Below, in pieces: positions 1-9,973 of a DNA stretch of 64,000 nucleotides; positions within the stretch are counted from its first letter, which is position 1, and each line of letters starts with the position of its first letter. The stretch is from NCBI GenBank assembly GCA_035527535.1, contig DATLAK010000182.1, forward strand, positions 2,439 to 66,438, given 5' to 3'. The translations under genes and the position numbers were made by a program. The DNA comes from Armatimonadota bacterium (lineage in GTDB: Bacteria > Armatimonadota > Hebobacteria > GCA-020354555 > CP070648). Under the pieces are notes generated by a model. The model did not search any database. It had not been told where the DNA came from and saw only the letters and a list, made by a program, of their open reading frames with translations.

Positions 1-68
1 CGAGCGTCAAGGCGACTCGCCGGTCGGTTGACTGACGATGAGGCCAGCGATGTTACTGGCCAACCCAG

Positions 69-854
69 CTACTCCTTTCTGAAGACCGCGACGATCTGCT
101 CACCTGTGCCCAGAAGCTCCGGCGTGCCCAAGAAGCGTCGTTCCAGATCCAGCGCCCGGGCGAAGGCATCATCCGGCACGCCCACGTAGCCGTATGCGGC
201 CACCGTCGGCGCGGCGAACATCTCCTCGCAGCGGCAGCCGAGGTCGGCGAATAGGCCAGCCAGTTCTACCGGTGTGAAGCAGTAATCCGCGAACGTGTCG
301 CTGACGGTGCAGGTCAATCGCGTGTCACCCAAGAGTTCCGCCTCTTCTATCATCCCGGACTGTAAGTACTGGCGGATCTTGCCGTAGTAGGAATCCACGC
401 CGACGATGACGAGGCCGCCGGGGACGCAGCAGGCGGTGAGGTTGGTCACCGCCTGCCGATGGCGGGTGTTCGTGTGGCTGACTACACCGGTCAACGCAGT
501 ACACACATTGAACGGCTGCCCCACGAACGGAAGCGTCTCAGTCAAGTCGGCCTGCACGAATGTGATTCTGTCCATCACGCCTGCCCGGTCCGCGCGGTGC
601 CGGGCATGCTCCAGCAGGGACCGCGAGATGTCGAGCGCCGTGACCGCGAGCCCGCGTCTAGCCATCTTGACCGCTTCGATTCCCAGCCCGCAGCCTGCGT
701 CGAGCACCGCACCTTGCGTAGGCAGCCAGCGATCCAGGATCATGTGGTTGACATGGGGAACGGTCCAGCGCGATGTAGGGTGACCTGGGTCGCCTTCGAG
801 TCCCTCATGCCCCCACTTCTCGAAATGCTCTCGTACCTTCTTTGCATCGTACAT
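69..854 (-). CDS. class I SAM-dependent methyltransferase
   Basis: Motif I LDAGCGLG plus downstream acidic loop (FVQADL); stop at 69, abuts next methyltransferase. Confidence 0.7.
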   Translation of the reverse strand: MYDAKKVREHFEKWGHEGLEGDPGHPTSRWTVPHVNHMILDRWLPTQGAVLDAGCGLGIEAVKMARRGLAVTALDISRSLLEHARHRADRAGVMDRITFVQADLTETLPFVGQPFNVCTALTGVVSHTNTRHRQAVTNLTACCVPGGLVIVGVDSYYGKIRQYLQSGMIEEAELLGDTRLTCTVSDTFADYCFTPVELAGLFADLGCRCEEMFAAPTVAAYGYVGVPDDAFARALDLERRFLGTPELLGTGEQIVAVFRKE

Positions 855-857
855 GGT

Positions 858-1697
858 TCAGCCTTCCTTCCTGCGAGCAGGCTCAGGCCGCGCGGCAGCC
901 GCATGTCGCCGCGCCAGCGAAGCGAGCACCTCGCACTTGAGGCCCAGTGTTGCCTGCAAGCGCCGCAATTCGTCCATCGCGCGCTCACCACGCAGCCCTG
1001 CGCGGCGCGCAACAATCACAACGTTCTTGGGCGTTGCGGTGCTGGAGACGAACTCGCGCACTCGGACCTCGTAACCGGATGCGCGCAGAGCCAGGCAGCG
1101 CATAGCCTCGGTGACAAATTCCGAGAACCGGCTGCCGAGGAGTGGAAACGAGCGGGCGACATAACCCCACTGATGGTCGTGAGCGTTGTGGCGGAGCGAG
1201 CGCTGAACGGTCGACTGGCAGCACGGCGCGGCGACGATGTTCTCCGCTGCGAAATGGATGCCGGCAGCAAGCACGTGGTCCGTCACCACGTCGCAAGCAT
1301 GAAGGGAGGTGACGAGAAGCGGGGGGGCTGGGATGGCGAATTCCTCGCAGGTAGCCGCGGTGAAGTTGACCTCGTCCCAGCCGAGAGTGCTGCGAGCCTG
1401 CATGCAGCGACTCATGAGGTCGAGGTTGCGGTCGACACCGAGAATGCGTACCGGCGCGATCCCGAGGCCGCGCAGAGCTGCGGCCAGGAAGAAACTCAAG
1501 CACCCTTTGCCACACCCGAACTCGATGATAGTCGGGGGGAGGGCTGCGCTCTGACGGATCGGCCCCAGGAGCCAGGGAAGCATTCCCTCGATCTGCCGGA
1601 GCTTGCGAAGCGTGCCGGCCGACTGACGGCCAGCAGGCGACGCGAGGCGGAGGGCACCGAGCAGGTCTGTGCACCGACGGAGCGAACGGGTGTCCAT
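858..1697 (-). CDS. SAM-dependent methyltransferase (Methyltransf_32/METTL25-like)
   Basis: EFGCGKGCLS glycine-rich motif and LHACD...TD signature recalled for this family. Confidence 0.55.
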   Translation of the reverse strand: MDTRSLRRCTDLLGALRLASPAGRQSAGTLRKLRQIEGMLPWLLGPIRQSAALPPTIIEFGCGKGCLSFFLAAALRGLGIAPVRILGVDRNLDLMSRCMQARSTLGWDEVNFTAATCEEFAIPAPPLLVTSLHACDVVTDHVLAAGIHFAAENIVAAPCCQSTVQRSLRHNAHDHQWGYVARSFPLLGSRFSEFVTEAMRCLALRASGYEVRVREFVSSTATPKNVVIVARRAGLRGERAMDELRRLQATLGLKCEVLASLARRHAAAARPEPARRKEG

Positions 1698-2011
1698 GGA
1701 AGCCTCCCACGCTGGTCAATCACGCCGGAGGCCACCCGAGAAACATGGCGGGACCAGAAAACGCCATCAATCGCATCTCCTCCCGCGTGGCCAACCGGCC
1801 CCGCGAGCTCGACCCGACTACGGCGTTTCACGCCCCATGGTCTCTCGCTAGGTTAACGAGACAGCGCTGTATTCACTTGCGACTGAGAGGATAGCACGGG
1901 ACCGCCCAAGGGTCAACGGCATCCCTCAACGGCATCGCGTTGGGCATCGCGTTCTGCCCGGCAAGGCCGTATTCCGATGAAGCCGCGAGGAATCGGGGGG
2001 CGCTCACCAGA

Positions 2012-2041
2012 TGCATGGGCGGCTCGCGAGCCGCCCATGCA
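2012..2041. repeat. 30-bp perfect palindrome TGCATGGGCGGCTCGCGAGCCGCCCATGCA in a 460-bp intergenic region
   Basis: Read directly: 13-bp arms around CGCG centre; tandem GGCATCGCGTT x2 at 1931-1953 nearby. Confidence 0.6.
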
Positions 2042-2155
2042 CAGCCGCAGGCCGATCCTTGGGCAGGACAGATGGGCAAATGATGGTTCGGGAGGCGATC
2101 AGAATCGAAGTCGCTCACTCCCAGGTAGTTCTAGTGGCAACCAGCGCTCCCAGGC

Positions 2156-2473
2156 CTAGCTGCGGCGAGAGCCGCCACCTCGCCGCTCATGGGGCACCAT
2201 GACCACGCGCAAGTGTTTCGTCGCTTCGCTAGCGCGCAGACGCTCGAGCACTTCATCCGCGTCGAGGGGTGGGCTGAGGGCGCCCAGAAGAATCAGGTCC
2301 GGCTGCTCTGACTCTGCTTTCATTAGCGCCTCCTTGCCATCCGGGGCAGTAACGACTCGGTAGCCCGCACGCTCCAGGTTGACCTGGATGAGACGTGCGA
2401 TGTGACGCTCGGCTTCTGCCACGAGGATCTTGCTGCCTTTACGCGTCCCAGGGAACGGCATGGCAGCTGTCAT
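2156..2473 (-). CDS. single-domain response regulator (CheY-like receiver)
   Basis: KILVAEAE...DLILLG...receiver pattern; start moved to MTAAM (20 codons inside ORF), preceded by GGAGG. Confidence 0.6.
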   Translation of the reverse strand: MTAAMPFPGTRKGSKILVAEAERHIARLIQVNLERAGYRVVTAPDGKEALMKAESEQPDLILLGALSPPLDADEVLERLRASEATKHLRVVMVPHERRGGGSRRS

Positions 2474-2767
2474 GCTAGCAGACCTCCTGTGCCTCTGTCT
2501 GACGGCAGGGGGAATTCGGGGGATATACACCATGATTTCCTAACCAGCGGGCAGCTCTTACTTCTTTCTCGGCCCCCTCGGCCCCGGTTTGCCGCGCTGA
2601 GTGACGTGATGCGTCACCCCTGGCGGGACGATACGGGCGATGCGGGGCAGGACCCACTTGTACCACTGTCTGTGCTTCCGGTCAATAATCAGGTTGCGTG
2701 TCCCCGGAATGCCCGCTGAGGGAATCCCCCCTCGCCGCCGGGTCTCAGCGGGAAGCTGTCCCCGTCT

Positions 2768-3607
2768 TTACTCCCCAATCCGCCGCAGGGCTTCGACGAC
2801 CTCGTGAATCAGCCACTCGGGGGTGGAGGCGCCGGCGGTGACGCCGGTCTTGCGGGCCCCCCGGAACCACTGCGGGTCGAGCTCGGCGGCGGTCTCGACG
2901 TGGTGGGTGGGGACGCCCGTCTGCTCGCACAACTGGCTCAGGCGGTTGGTGTTGGCGCTGTTCTTGCCGCCGACGACGACCATGACCTCCACCTGCTGCG
3001 CCAGGCGCAGCGCCGACTCCTGGCGCTGGGAGGTCGCGCCGCAGATGGTGTTGAAGGCGCGCAGCTCGCGCGCTCTCACCGCCAGCGCCGCGGCCACCGC
3101 GCCCAGCCGCGCCGGCGCCTGGGTGGTCTGCACCACCAGTCCCACCCGCGGCCGGAGCTCTATCCCCGCCAGCTCATCCTCGTGCTCGATGACCACCGCC
3201 TGCCCGCCGGCGGCCCCCACCAGGCCCGCGACCTCGGGGTGCCCCTTGTCGCCGAGGATGATGACCTGGTAGCCCCCGTCGGCCAGCGCCCGCACGTGAT
3301 CCTGCGCTCGCGCCACGAACGGGCAGGTGGCGTCCGCTACATGCAGGCCGCGCTCGCGCGCCTGCCGCGAAACCTCCGGGCCCACCCCGTGGGAGGGGAT
3401 GACGACGGTGCCGCCGGCGACCTCGTCCAGGGATGACACCTGGCGCACTCCCTCCTGGCGCAGGCGCTCCACGACCTGGGGATTGTGGATCAGCGAGCCG
3501 AGCGTGTGCAGGGGGCGTGGGCCGGCCTCCTCCTCCCCCTTGACCATGTCGAGCGCGCGCTCGACGCCGAAGCAAAAACCCGCGTTGTCGGCGACGATGA
3601 TCTCCAC
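2768..3607 (-). CDS. ispH: 4-hydroxy-3-methylbut-2-enyl diphosphate reductase
   Basis: N-terminal IIVADNAGFCFGVERA and overall LytB/IspH architecture with conserved Cys positions. Confidence 0.9.
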   Translation of the reverse strand: MEIIVADNAGFCFGVERALDMVKGEEEAGPRPLHTLGSLIHNPQVVERLRQEGVRQVSSLDEVAGGTVVIPSHGVGPEVSRQARERGLHVADATCPFVARAQDHVRALADGGYQVIILGDKGHPEVAGLVGAAGGQAVVIEHEDELAGIELRPRVGLVVQTTQAPARLGAVAAALAVRARELRAFNTICGATSQRQESALRLAQQVEVMVVVGGKNSANTNRLSQLCEQTGVPTHHVETAAELDPQWFRGARKTGVTAGASTPEWLIHEVVEALRRIGE

Positions 3608-3619
3608 TTCGCCCTCATT

Positions 3620-4714
3620 TCATGCCAGCGAGGCGATGACGCTCGCCCAGGCGTTCTCCCAGCGTTCGCGCGAGAAGGTCCGGCGCACCTGCTCCCGCTG
3701 GCGCGCGCCGATCTCCGCGCGCTGTTCGTACACCCGCGCCATCGCCTGCGCCAGGCTCGCCGCGTGGGGTGCGCAGTGCTCGGTCGGCAGGTCCGCCAGC
3801 CCGCCGATGTCGGTCGAGAGAGTGGCGGCGCCGCAGGCCATCGCCTCCAGCGCCGACAGGGAGGTGCCCTCGCCCGCGACGGAGGGGATGACGACCATTT
3901 CGGCCGAGGCGTAAACGGCGGGCATGTCGGCGTGAGCGACCGACCCCCAGAACAGGACCTCGTCGCGCAAGTCGAGCTCGCGCACCAGGCGCCGCAGCCA
4001 GCGCGCGTAATCCCGTCGGCTGGGCGCGCCGACGACGACCAGCCGCGCCCCAGGGTGCACCCGCCGGAAGCGGGCGAAGGCGGCGATGGCGAGATGCGCG
4101 CCGCGGTTGAAGTAGAGGTTGCGGGGTACCACTATCGGGCGCAGCGTCCGCAGCTTATCCCATCCCCGGTTGGGGCGAAAGCGCTCGGTGTCCACGCAGT
4201 TGGGGATGAACCAGCGCCCCGGCGCCACCTGCTCGAAGAAACGATCGCCCGGCGCGACCTCGAGGCCCATCTCGCGCAGGAAGGCGCTGTCATTGGCGAC
4301 GAAGGCGGCGCAGCGGCGGAAGGCGGCGCGCGCCAACGCGCGCTTGACGCGGCTGCGCAGCGCCCCCGGGCGGTCGTCCCAGGTCACGCCATGGGAGAGG
4401 CCGACGACACGTGTGCGCCCTCCGACCAGAGCTGCCGCCAGCGCATAGACCGGGTAGTGGGCGATGACCGCGTCCTGGGCGCGGATGACGGCGACCCGCG
4501 CCGCCAGGCCCAGGAGGTGGGTCCAGAACTCCGCCGGCAGGCCGCGCAAAGGGTTCGGCGCCGGCACGAACCACGGCGCATCAGCGCTCGACGCGCGGGC
4601 GATGACAAGCTGGCGATGCCCGCGCGCGGCCAGGGCGCGGCGCAGGTTCTCGACATAGACGTCGCCGCCGCCGACCAGGGGCAGGTAGGTGTATGTGATG
4701 TGCGCCAGGCGCAT
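3620..4714 (-). CDS. glycosyltransferase family 4 (GT-B)
   Basis: C-terminal GEGTSLSALEAMACG (E-x7-E) motif; start moved to MRLAHITYTY (ORF M167) giving ATGA overlap with upstream GT2 stop at 4714. Confidence 0.7.
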   Translation of the reverse strand: MRLAHITYTYLPLVGGGDVYVENLRRALAARGHRQLVIARASSADAPWFVPAPNPLRGLPAEFWTHLLGLAARVAVIRAQDAVIAHYPVYALAAALVGGRTRVVGLSHGVTWDDRPGALRSRVKRALARAAFRRCAAFVANDSAFLREMGLEVAPGDRFFEQVAPGRWFIPNCVDTERFRPNRGWDKLRTLRPIVVPRNLYFNRGAHLAIAAFARFRRVHPGARLVVVGAPSRRDYARWLRRLVRELDLRDEVLFWGSVAHADMPAVYASAEMVVIPSVAGEGTSLSALEAMACGAATLSTDIGGLADLPTEHCAPHAASLAQAMARVYEQRAEIGARQREQVRRTFSRERWENAWASVIASLA

Positions 4715-5745
4715 CAGTGGCTCGCACTCCGGACCTGCGGGGCGCGCCCCAACGCCGCCAGCGCGAGGCGCTGCCCGATGCCGATGGTATAGCCGCAGAG
4801 ATGGGCGAGGTCCACGATCCCCATCGCCAGCGGCGCCAGCAGGGCGGTACCCGGGCCCGCGCCACGTCGGCGGGCGCGCCGGGCGAGCCGCGCCCCATAG
4901 AGGAGCGCGAGGGCCGGGAGCGCCCACAGCGCCGCTCGGTTCGCCCCCATGCCCAGCGCGATGATCGCCGCCGCCACCACCAGCTCCAGGTACGCCTTGC
5001 CGTAATGCGCGAACCACAGGCCGGACAACCCGTCGCCCCGGGCGAAGCGATAGAACTGTCGAAACAAGCGCGCCGGGCGCCCCTGTGGCCGCCAGCGCAC
5101 GACCGCCCGCGGCGCGAACGCGAACTTCATGCCCGCGCGCCGCAGCGCGACGTCGAAGACGGTGTCCTCGTTGTAGGGCGTCCACTCCGGATACCCGCCC
5201 ACCCGCTCCCACGCCGCGCGCCGAAAAGCGATGGAGCGGCTGGAGGGCAGGAAGGTCTCGGGGTCCACCTCCGCCGCCGCCGGCACCAGGGCGGCCGCCG
5301 CCGCGCGTTCCAACGTCGTGCGCGGCGCGGCCTCGTAGTAGCCGGCGACGACGTCAATATCGTCCTGCTCTTCCAGCGGTCGCACGATGGTCACCAGCCA
5401 TTCGGGATCGAGCACACACCCCGCGTCAACGCAGGCGATGACGGGCTCGTCGCCGACGGCAATGGCCGCGTTGCGCCCGCGCGAGCGATTGGCCCCGGGC
5501 AGGACGAGCACCGTCAGCGGCAAGCGGTCCTGGTAGCGGCGCGCGAGGTCGGCGGTGACGTCGGTGGAGCCCCCGTCGGCGACGACCACGCGTTCGGGCC
5601 GTCGCGTCTGCGCCTGGATGGAGTCCATGAGCTCGGCGATGCCCTCCGCCTCCTGGCGCACGGTGGTGATCAGGCAGACGCGGCTCACGCCGGCAGCCCC
5701 CGGCCGCGGTAGAGGTCGAGGTAGAGCGCTGCGACTCGCGCCCAC
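4714..5745 (-). CDS. glycosyltransferase family 2 with C-terminal TM segment (polyprenyl-phosphate sugar synthase-like)
   Basis: CLITTV...VVVADGGSTD...DAG GT-A motifs plus hydrophobic C-terminus; true start probably downstream of 5745 (overlaps next gene by 60 nt). Confidence 0.65.
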   Translation of the reverse strand: MGASRSALPRPLPRPGAAGVSRVCLITTVRQEAEGIAELMDSIQAQTRRPERVVVADGGSTDVTADLARRYQDRLPLTVLVLPGANRSRGRNAAIAVGDEPVIACVDAGCVLDPEWLVTIVRPLEEQDDIDVVAGYYEAAPRTTLERAAAAALVPAAAEVDPETFLPSSRSIAFRRAAWERVGGYPEWTPYNEDTVFDVALRRAGMKFAFAPRAVVRWRPQGRPARLFRQFYRFARGDGLSGLWFAHYGKAYLELVVAAAIIALGMGANRAALWALPALALLYGARLARRARRRGAGPGTALLAPLAMGIVDLAHLCGYTIGIGQRLALAALGRAPQVRSASH

Positions 5746-6719
5746 GTCTGCGCGCGGGCGTAGGCCTCGGCGGCGTCCAGGCCGGCGCTGGACGCTTCCG
5801 GCTGCTCCAGGTGGCGCGCGATGGCGGCGGCGAGGCGGTCGGGCTCATCGGCGGCGACCATGTGGGATGACGCCGGGAACAGCTCGAGGTAATCGCGCTT
5901 CAACGGGTTGTCGTAGAGCGCGCAGGCGAGGCGGCGATAGGCCATCGCCTCGAGGATGGTGAGATAGCCGGAGACGAAGGCGAAGCGGCAGCCCTCCAGA
6001 AACGGCCCGACCTCGCGCGTCCAGCCCTGCACGGCGACGCTGACTCCCGCCATCCGCGCGGCGCTCAGCACCGTGTCGCGCAGCGGCCCGTCGCCGCAGA
6101 TGACGAGCGGGAGGTCGTGCCCGCGTTCGCGCAGCCGGCGCAGGGTCTCGACGTATCGCATGATGCCGGTGTCGGGGGCGAGGCGGCCGACGTAGAGCGC
6201 GGGCGCCTGGGGCGGGGGATCAGGGACGCGCGCGGGCGGGGAATCAACGCCGCCGTACGATACCAGGTCGCACCTGTGGCCGTACCAGCGGGGTATGAAC
6301 TCGCCCATGCAGATGGTCGCCGCCGCGCGCGCGGCCAGACGCCGCCGCAGCCAGCGGGCGGTGCGACGCAGGGGATAGCCCTCGTAGCCGTGAAAGGTCA
6401 CGAACAGCGGCGGCCGCGGCCCGGGCCAGGCGGGGGCGATGAAGCGCAGGTAGGAGTAGAGGTCGTGGCAGTGAATGACCTGCGCGCGGTTCAGCACGTC
6501 GAGCTGGCGGTCGCACACCGCTTTCGCCATCCCCCCGGGGACGCGGCGCACGTGGATGCCGATGAGGTCCTCGTCCCGCGGCCACCCCGGCTTCCACAGG
6601 CGCGTCAGCACCGTGACCGCGTGCCCGAGGCGCGTCAGCTCCTCGCTCACGCGCAGGACGTGCTTCTCGACGCCGCCCAGCCGCGGAGCGAAGTGGGGGG
6701 TGATCATCAGCACGTTCAC
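5685..6719 (-). CDS. glycosyltransferase family 4
   Basis: MNVLMITPHFAPRLGGVEKHV N-terminus typical of GT4/RfaB-like GT-B enzymes. Confidence 0.7.
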   Translation of the reverse strand: MNVLMITPHFAPRLGGVEKHVLRVSEELTRLGHAVTVLTRLWKPGWPRDEDLIGIHVRRVPGGMAKAVCDRQLDVLNRAQVIHCHDLYSYLRFIAPAWPGPRPPLFVTFHGYEGYPLRRTARWLRRRLAARAAATICMGEFIPRWYGHRCDLVSYGGVDSPPARVPDPPPQAPALYVGRLAPDTGIMRYVETLRRLRERGHDLPLVICGDGPLRDTVLSAARMAGVSVAVQGWTREVGPFLEGCRFAFVSGYLTILEAMAYRRLACALYDNPLKRDYLELFPASSHMVAADEPDRLAAAIARHLEQPEASSAGLDAAEAYARAQTWARVAALYLDLYRGRGLPA

Positions 6720-6731
6720 GGCCCTATTCTC

Positions 6732-8243
6732 TCACAGAACGACGAACAGCGCCAGGTGGCGCTCGAAGACCGCGATCTGCAACATCTGGGCGGCAAGCAG
6801 GGTGGCGAGGCTCCACTCGGGCCGGCGGCCGACGGCGACGAAACCCCCGGCGGCAACCGTCGCGGGCAGCATCAGGAACATCCAGATGCGCCCGGCCTCG
6901 GCGCGCACCACCCCCGAGAGGTCGAGCGCGATCAGCGTGAACGCCAACGCCCATAGCAGCGGCGTGATCTGCGCGCGTTCGCCGCGCGCGAGCGCCCTCG
7001 CCTCCCCCCACATCTGGCACAGCAGCCACAGCCCGAGCCCGGCACCCAGGAACATCCAGAAGTCGAACAGGTTCCACCCCAGCCAGCGCCAGTAGGTGCG
7101 CGCGAATGCCTGCGTCGTCACCTCGCGGTGCGCCCCCAGCGCCGACCTCACGATCGCCGGGAAGTCTATCCCCGCCGCCGCGTGCGCCACCGCGAACACC
7201 GCTACCGCTGCGGTCAGCCACGCGCCCGCCACCCGCCACGCCGGGCGGGGTCGCGGTTCGCCGCTGCGGCCTCCGCCCGCAAGCTGCGCCATCGCCGCCC
7301 ACGCCGCCAGCAATAGCGGGAGCACCAGCACCGCCAGGCTCGTGAGCGCCGCTAGCGCCCACATCGCGCCTGCCGCCGCGCCCCACCCAGGGCGTCGCCG
7401 CGACCACCCCAGGTGGAAGAGATACAGGGCTAGCATAGTCTCCAGGGTGACCAGTTGCACGATGGAGGGGGTGAACAGGAGCAGGCTCGGCACCGCCCCT
7501 GCCAGCGCGGCGGCGCATACCGCCGCCGTCGCGCCCCCGCGCTCGCGCGCCAGCAGAAACACGGGGATGATGCTCAGGCACCCCAGCAGACCGAGGAGCC
7601 ACGCCGCCAGCACCGCCGCGACGGCCTCGGCGATCGGCACCGGACGACCGTACAGGCGTGCGTAGGCGCCCGCGATCTCCGCCGGTTCCATGCCGGTGTA
7701 CGCGGCGATGAAGCTGGAGGCCGCGTCGAGGAGACCGGGGGAATGGGCGACCGCCCGGCGCACCGCCCAGAAGAAGATGATGGGCCCCGGCGGGTAGGTC
7801 TGTGCGTGCTGGCTGAAAGCTCGCATGTGGTAGGCGTATTCGCGCAGGAACTGCGCCATGTCCCTGATGTTGCCCGCCTCGCCGAAATAGGTGGTCGCCA
7901 CCGGGCTCAGGATGACGGCGCCGGCAAAGGCGGTGGAGGCGGGGTGCATCTCCAGCACTGAAAGCTGCAGTGCAAACGCCAGCAGCACGAACAGCAGCAC
8001 CCACGCGGCGCAGACGCGGGCGCTGCGGCGCGCGCGGCGCAGCAGCCAGAGGCTGAAGGCGATCAGCGCCAATGAGGGCAGCGTCGGCCTCCACCAGCGC
8101 GCCCAAGCGATGTCGCCAGGCCCTCGGTGCGGCCACTGCCACTCGCTGGCGACGCCCCAGGCGCCGCGGGCGGCGAGCATTGCCGCCGCCATGCCGACCA
8201 ACAACGTGGCCGCCAGAAACGCGAAGTCGCGGGTGCGCATCAC
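6732..8243 (-). CDS. polytopic integral membrane protein, GT-C-like (hypothetical)
   Basis: More than 10 hydrophobic spans; ends 1 nt before next gene; family not recognised. Confidence 0.45.
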   Translation of the reverse strand: MMRTRDFAFLAATLLVGMAAAMLAARGAWGVASEWQWPHRGPGDIAWARWWRPTLPSLALIAFSLWLLRRARRSARVCAAWVLLFVLLAFALQLSVLEMHPASTAFAGAVILSPVATTYFGEAGNIRDMAQFLREYAYHMRAFSQHAQTYPPGPIIFFWAVRRAVAHSPGLLDAASSFIAAYTGMEPAEIAGAYARLYGRPVPIAEAVAAVLAAWLLGLLGCLSIIPVFLLARERGGATAAVCAAALAGAVPSLLLFTPSIVQLVTLETMLALYLFHLGWSRRRPGWGAAAGAMWALAALTSLAVLVLPLLLAAWAAMAQLAGGGRSGEPRPRPAWRVAGAWLTAAVAVFAVAHAAAGIDFPAIVRSALGAHREVTTQAFARTYWRWLGWNLFDFWMFLGAGLGLWLLCQMWGEARALARGERAQITPLLWALAFTLIALDLSGVVRAEAGRIWMFLMLPATVAAGGFVAVGRRPEWSLATLLAAQMLQIAVFERHLALFVVL

Positions 8244-9854
8244 CTACTCCGGAACCAGGCGCAAGAGCGCGGCCTGCGGACGCACGAATACCGCCTCGAA
8301 GTCACTCGCGGCGCCGGGGTTGAAAACCCCCAGCGCCCGTTCATACTCTGTGTAGAGCACGAAGCGCAAGCCGTTGTCCGCCATCAGCTCTCGGCGCTGC
8401 GAGGGCGAGGCGGCCGCGGAGAAGAACCACACGACCTGCTTCAGCTTGCGCGGGTAGTGCAGGGTCTCGTCCCAGTGCCCGACGAAGACTGTGTTGCCTG
8501 CGACGCCGGGGAGGTAGCTGCCCTCCAGCGACGCGCACATCACCCCCTGCTCCATGCGCGTGTTCTCGCGCAGCCAGGTCATCGCCTGCACCGCGTCGGC
8601 GCGCAGGTAGAGGGGCGGCATCAGCACCCGCAGGTAGGCGCGGTTATTGGTCATCAGGTCGCGCGCGCCCCGCGCCATGAAGAACACGTTCGACGGGCAG
8701 GCGGCGGCCACCAACAGCACCGCCAAGGCCAGGGCCGCCGACCGCGACATGCGCGGAGCCGCCCATTCGCCGACAAACGACGCGGCCAGCAGGCACAGCG
8801 GTATGTGCACCCCCTCCGCCAGCTTGCGCTGAAACGATACCGGCGTCAAGAACACGAGCAGGAAGGTCACCACCGCCCATATCACCGGCAGCGCCTGCGG
8901 CGCGCTGCGCCCGCGCAGAGCCGTCATCGCCCCGGGGATGGCGAACGCCAGCACCAGCCCGAAGCCGGCCGCAAAGTGCGCCAGGGGCGGCGTCAGCTTC
9001 TGCGTCACGGCCTTGTCGTGGAAGACCACATTGGTCTGGAACACCCAGTACTGGTAGGCGACGAAGGGCGCCGCCATGACCGCGATCAGCGCCGCGAACT
9101 TCATCTCGCGCAGCGGCATCCGGCGGCCGATAATCCCCGCCGCGACCACGTACACGGCAAGCGTCAGCCACGCCGGGAACACGTCGTAGGTGTGGACGTT
9201 GCCCAGCATCAGCGCCGCCGCACCCCCCAGCGCCGCCAGCCTCCACGAGTCGGCGCGCACCGCCGCCAGGTAGGCGGCCCACATCGCCACCAGCAGCGCC
9301 ACCGAGCAGGCGAACATCGGGTTGAGCAGGAGCGTGAGAAAAGTGATGGCCTCGGGCATGATCAGGCGCGGCCCGTAGTCAATCGGGTGCACGGTGGCAC
9401 CGGGGGCGGCCAGCGCGTAGAGCCAGCCCAGGCCCGACGAGAACGCCGCGAACGCCCACGCCAGCCGGCGCGTGAACCGCCGCTCGCATAGCTGCGCCGC
9501 CAGCGCGTACACCGCAACCAGCAGGAGCGCGCCGCAGATGACGCGGGCGAGGTGATAGACCCAGATCGGCGGGATATGAGTTCCGCGGGCCGCCAACCCC
9601 AAGGCCAGGAAGAAGCCGAGGAAGAAGCGCGCCGGCTGCGGCTCTGTGGTGAAGGGGTCGTGGAACAGCAGCTCCCCGCGCAGCACCTGGCGCATCCACC
9701 CCAGATAGACATTGTGCTCGTCGGGATTGGCGAGCAAGCCCATGTAGTGGTAGCCGGGGGGGGTGATGAACCAGCCGAAGAGGTAGGGCAGGCACGTCAA
9801 CCCCATCACCGCGAGCGAGGCCCAGAGCGCCCAGCGCCACTCGTCGCGGGTCAT
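8244..9854 (-). CDS. polytopic integral membrane protein, putative GT-C glycosyltransferase
   Basis: First loop carries ANPDEHN (DE motif as in GT-C enzymes); start moved to MTRDEW because first 40 ORF codons are read through an intergenic palindromic repeat. Confidence 0.5.
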   Translation of the reverse strand: MTRDEWRWALWASLAVMGLTCLPYLFGWFITPPGYHYMGLLANPDEHNVYLGWMRQVLRGELLFHDPFTTEPQPARFFLGFFLALGLAARGTHIPPIWVYHLARVICGALLLVAVYALAAQLCERRFTRRLAWAFAAFSSGLGWLYALAAPGATVHPIDYGPRLIMPEAITFLTLLLNPMFACSVALLVAMWAAYLAAVRADSWRLAALGGAAALMLGNVHTYDVFPAWLTLAVYVVAAGIIGRRMPLREMKFAALIAVMAAPFVAYQYWVFQTNVVFHDKAVTQKLTPPLAHFAAGFGLVLAFAIPGAMTALRGRSAPQALPVIWAVVTFLLVFLTPVSFQRKLAEGVHIPLCLLAASFVGEWAAPRMSRSAALALAVLLVAAACPSNVFFMARGARDLMTNNRAYLRVLMPPLYLRADAVQAMTWLRENTRMEQGVMCASLEGSYLPGVAGNTVFVGHWDETLHYPRKLKQVVWFFSAAASPSQRRELMADNGLRFVLYTEYERALGVFNPGAASDFEAVFVRPQAALLRLVPE

Positions 9855-9893
9855 GGCGCCCGCGCGCGCGGCCTGCTCGCCGGCCCCGTTCAC

Positions 9894-9970
9894 GGGTCGG
9901 CAGGGGACGGTTCCTTCCCGCCCCGGGCCTGGGCGCTGCCCTGGGCGACGGGGAACTGTCCCCTCGCGCC
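9894..9970. repeat. palindromic intergenic repeat family A, copy 1 (GGGGACGGTTCC...GGAACTGTCCCC)
   Basis: About 90% identical to 21384-21461; 12-bp arms around a ~40-nt loop. Confidence 0.8.
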
Positions 9971-9973
9971 CCA

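Noticed and set aside
459-1856. 465-aa plus-strand ORF overlapping two minus-strand methyltransferase genes
   Set aside because: Low-complexity Arg/Ala/Pro-rich translation with no motifs; typical GC-rich antisense artefact; minus-strand genes have clear SAM-binding motifs.
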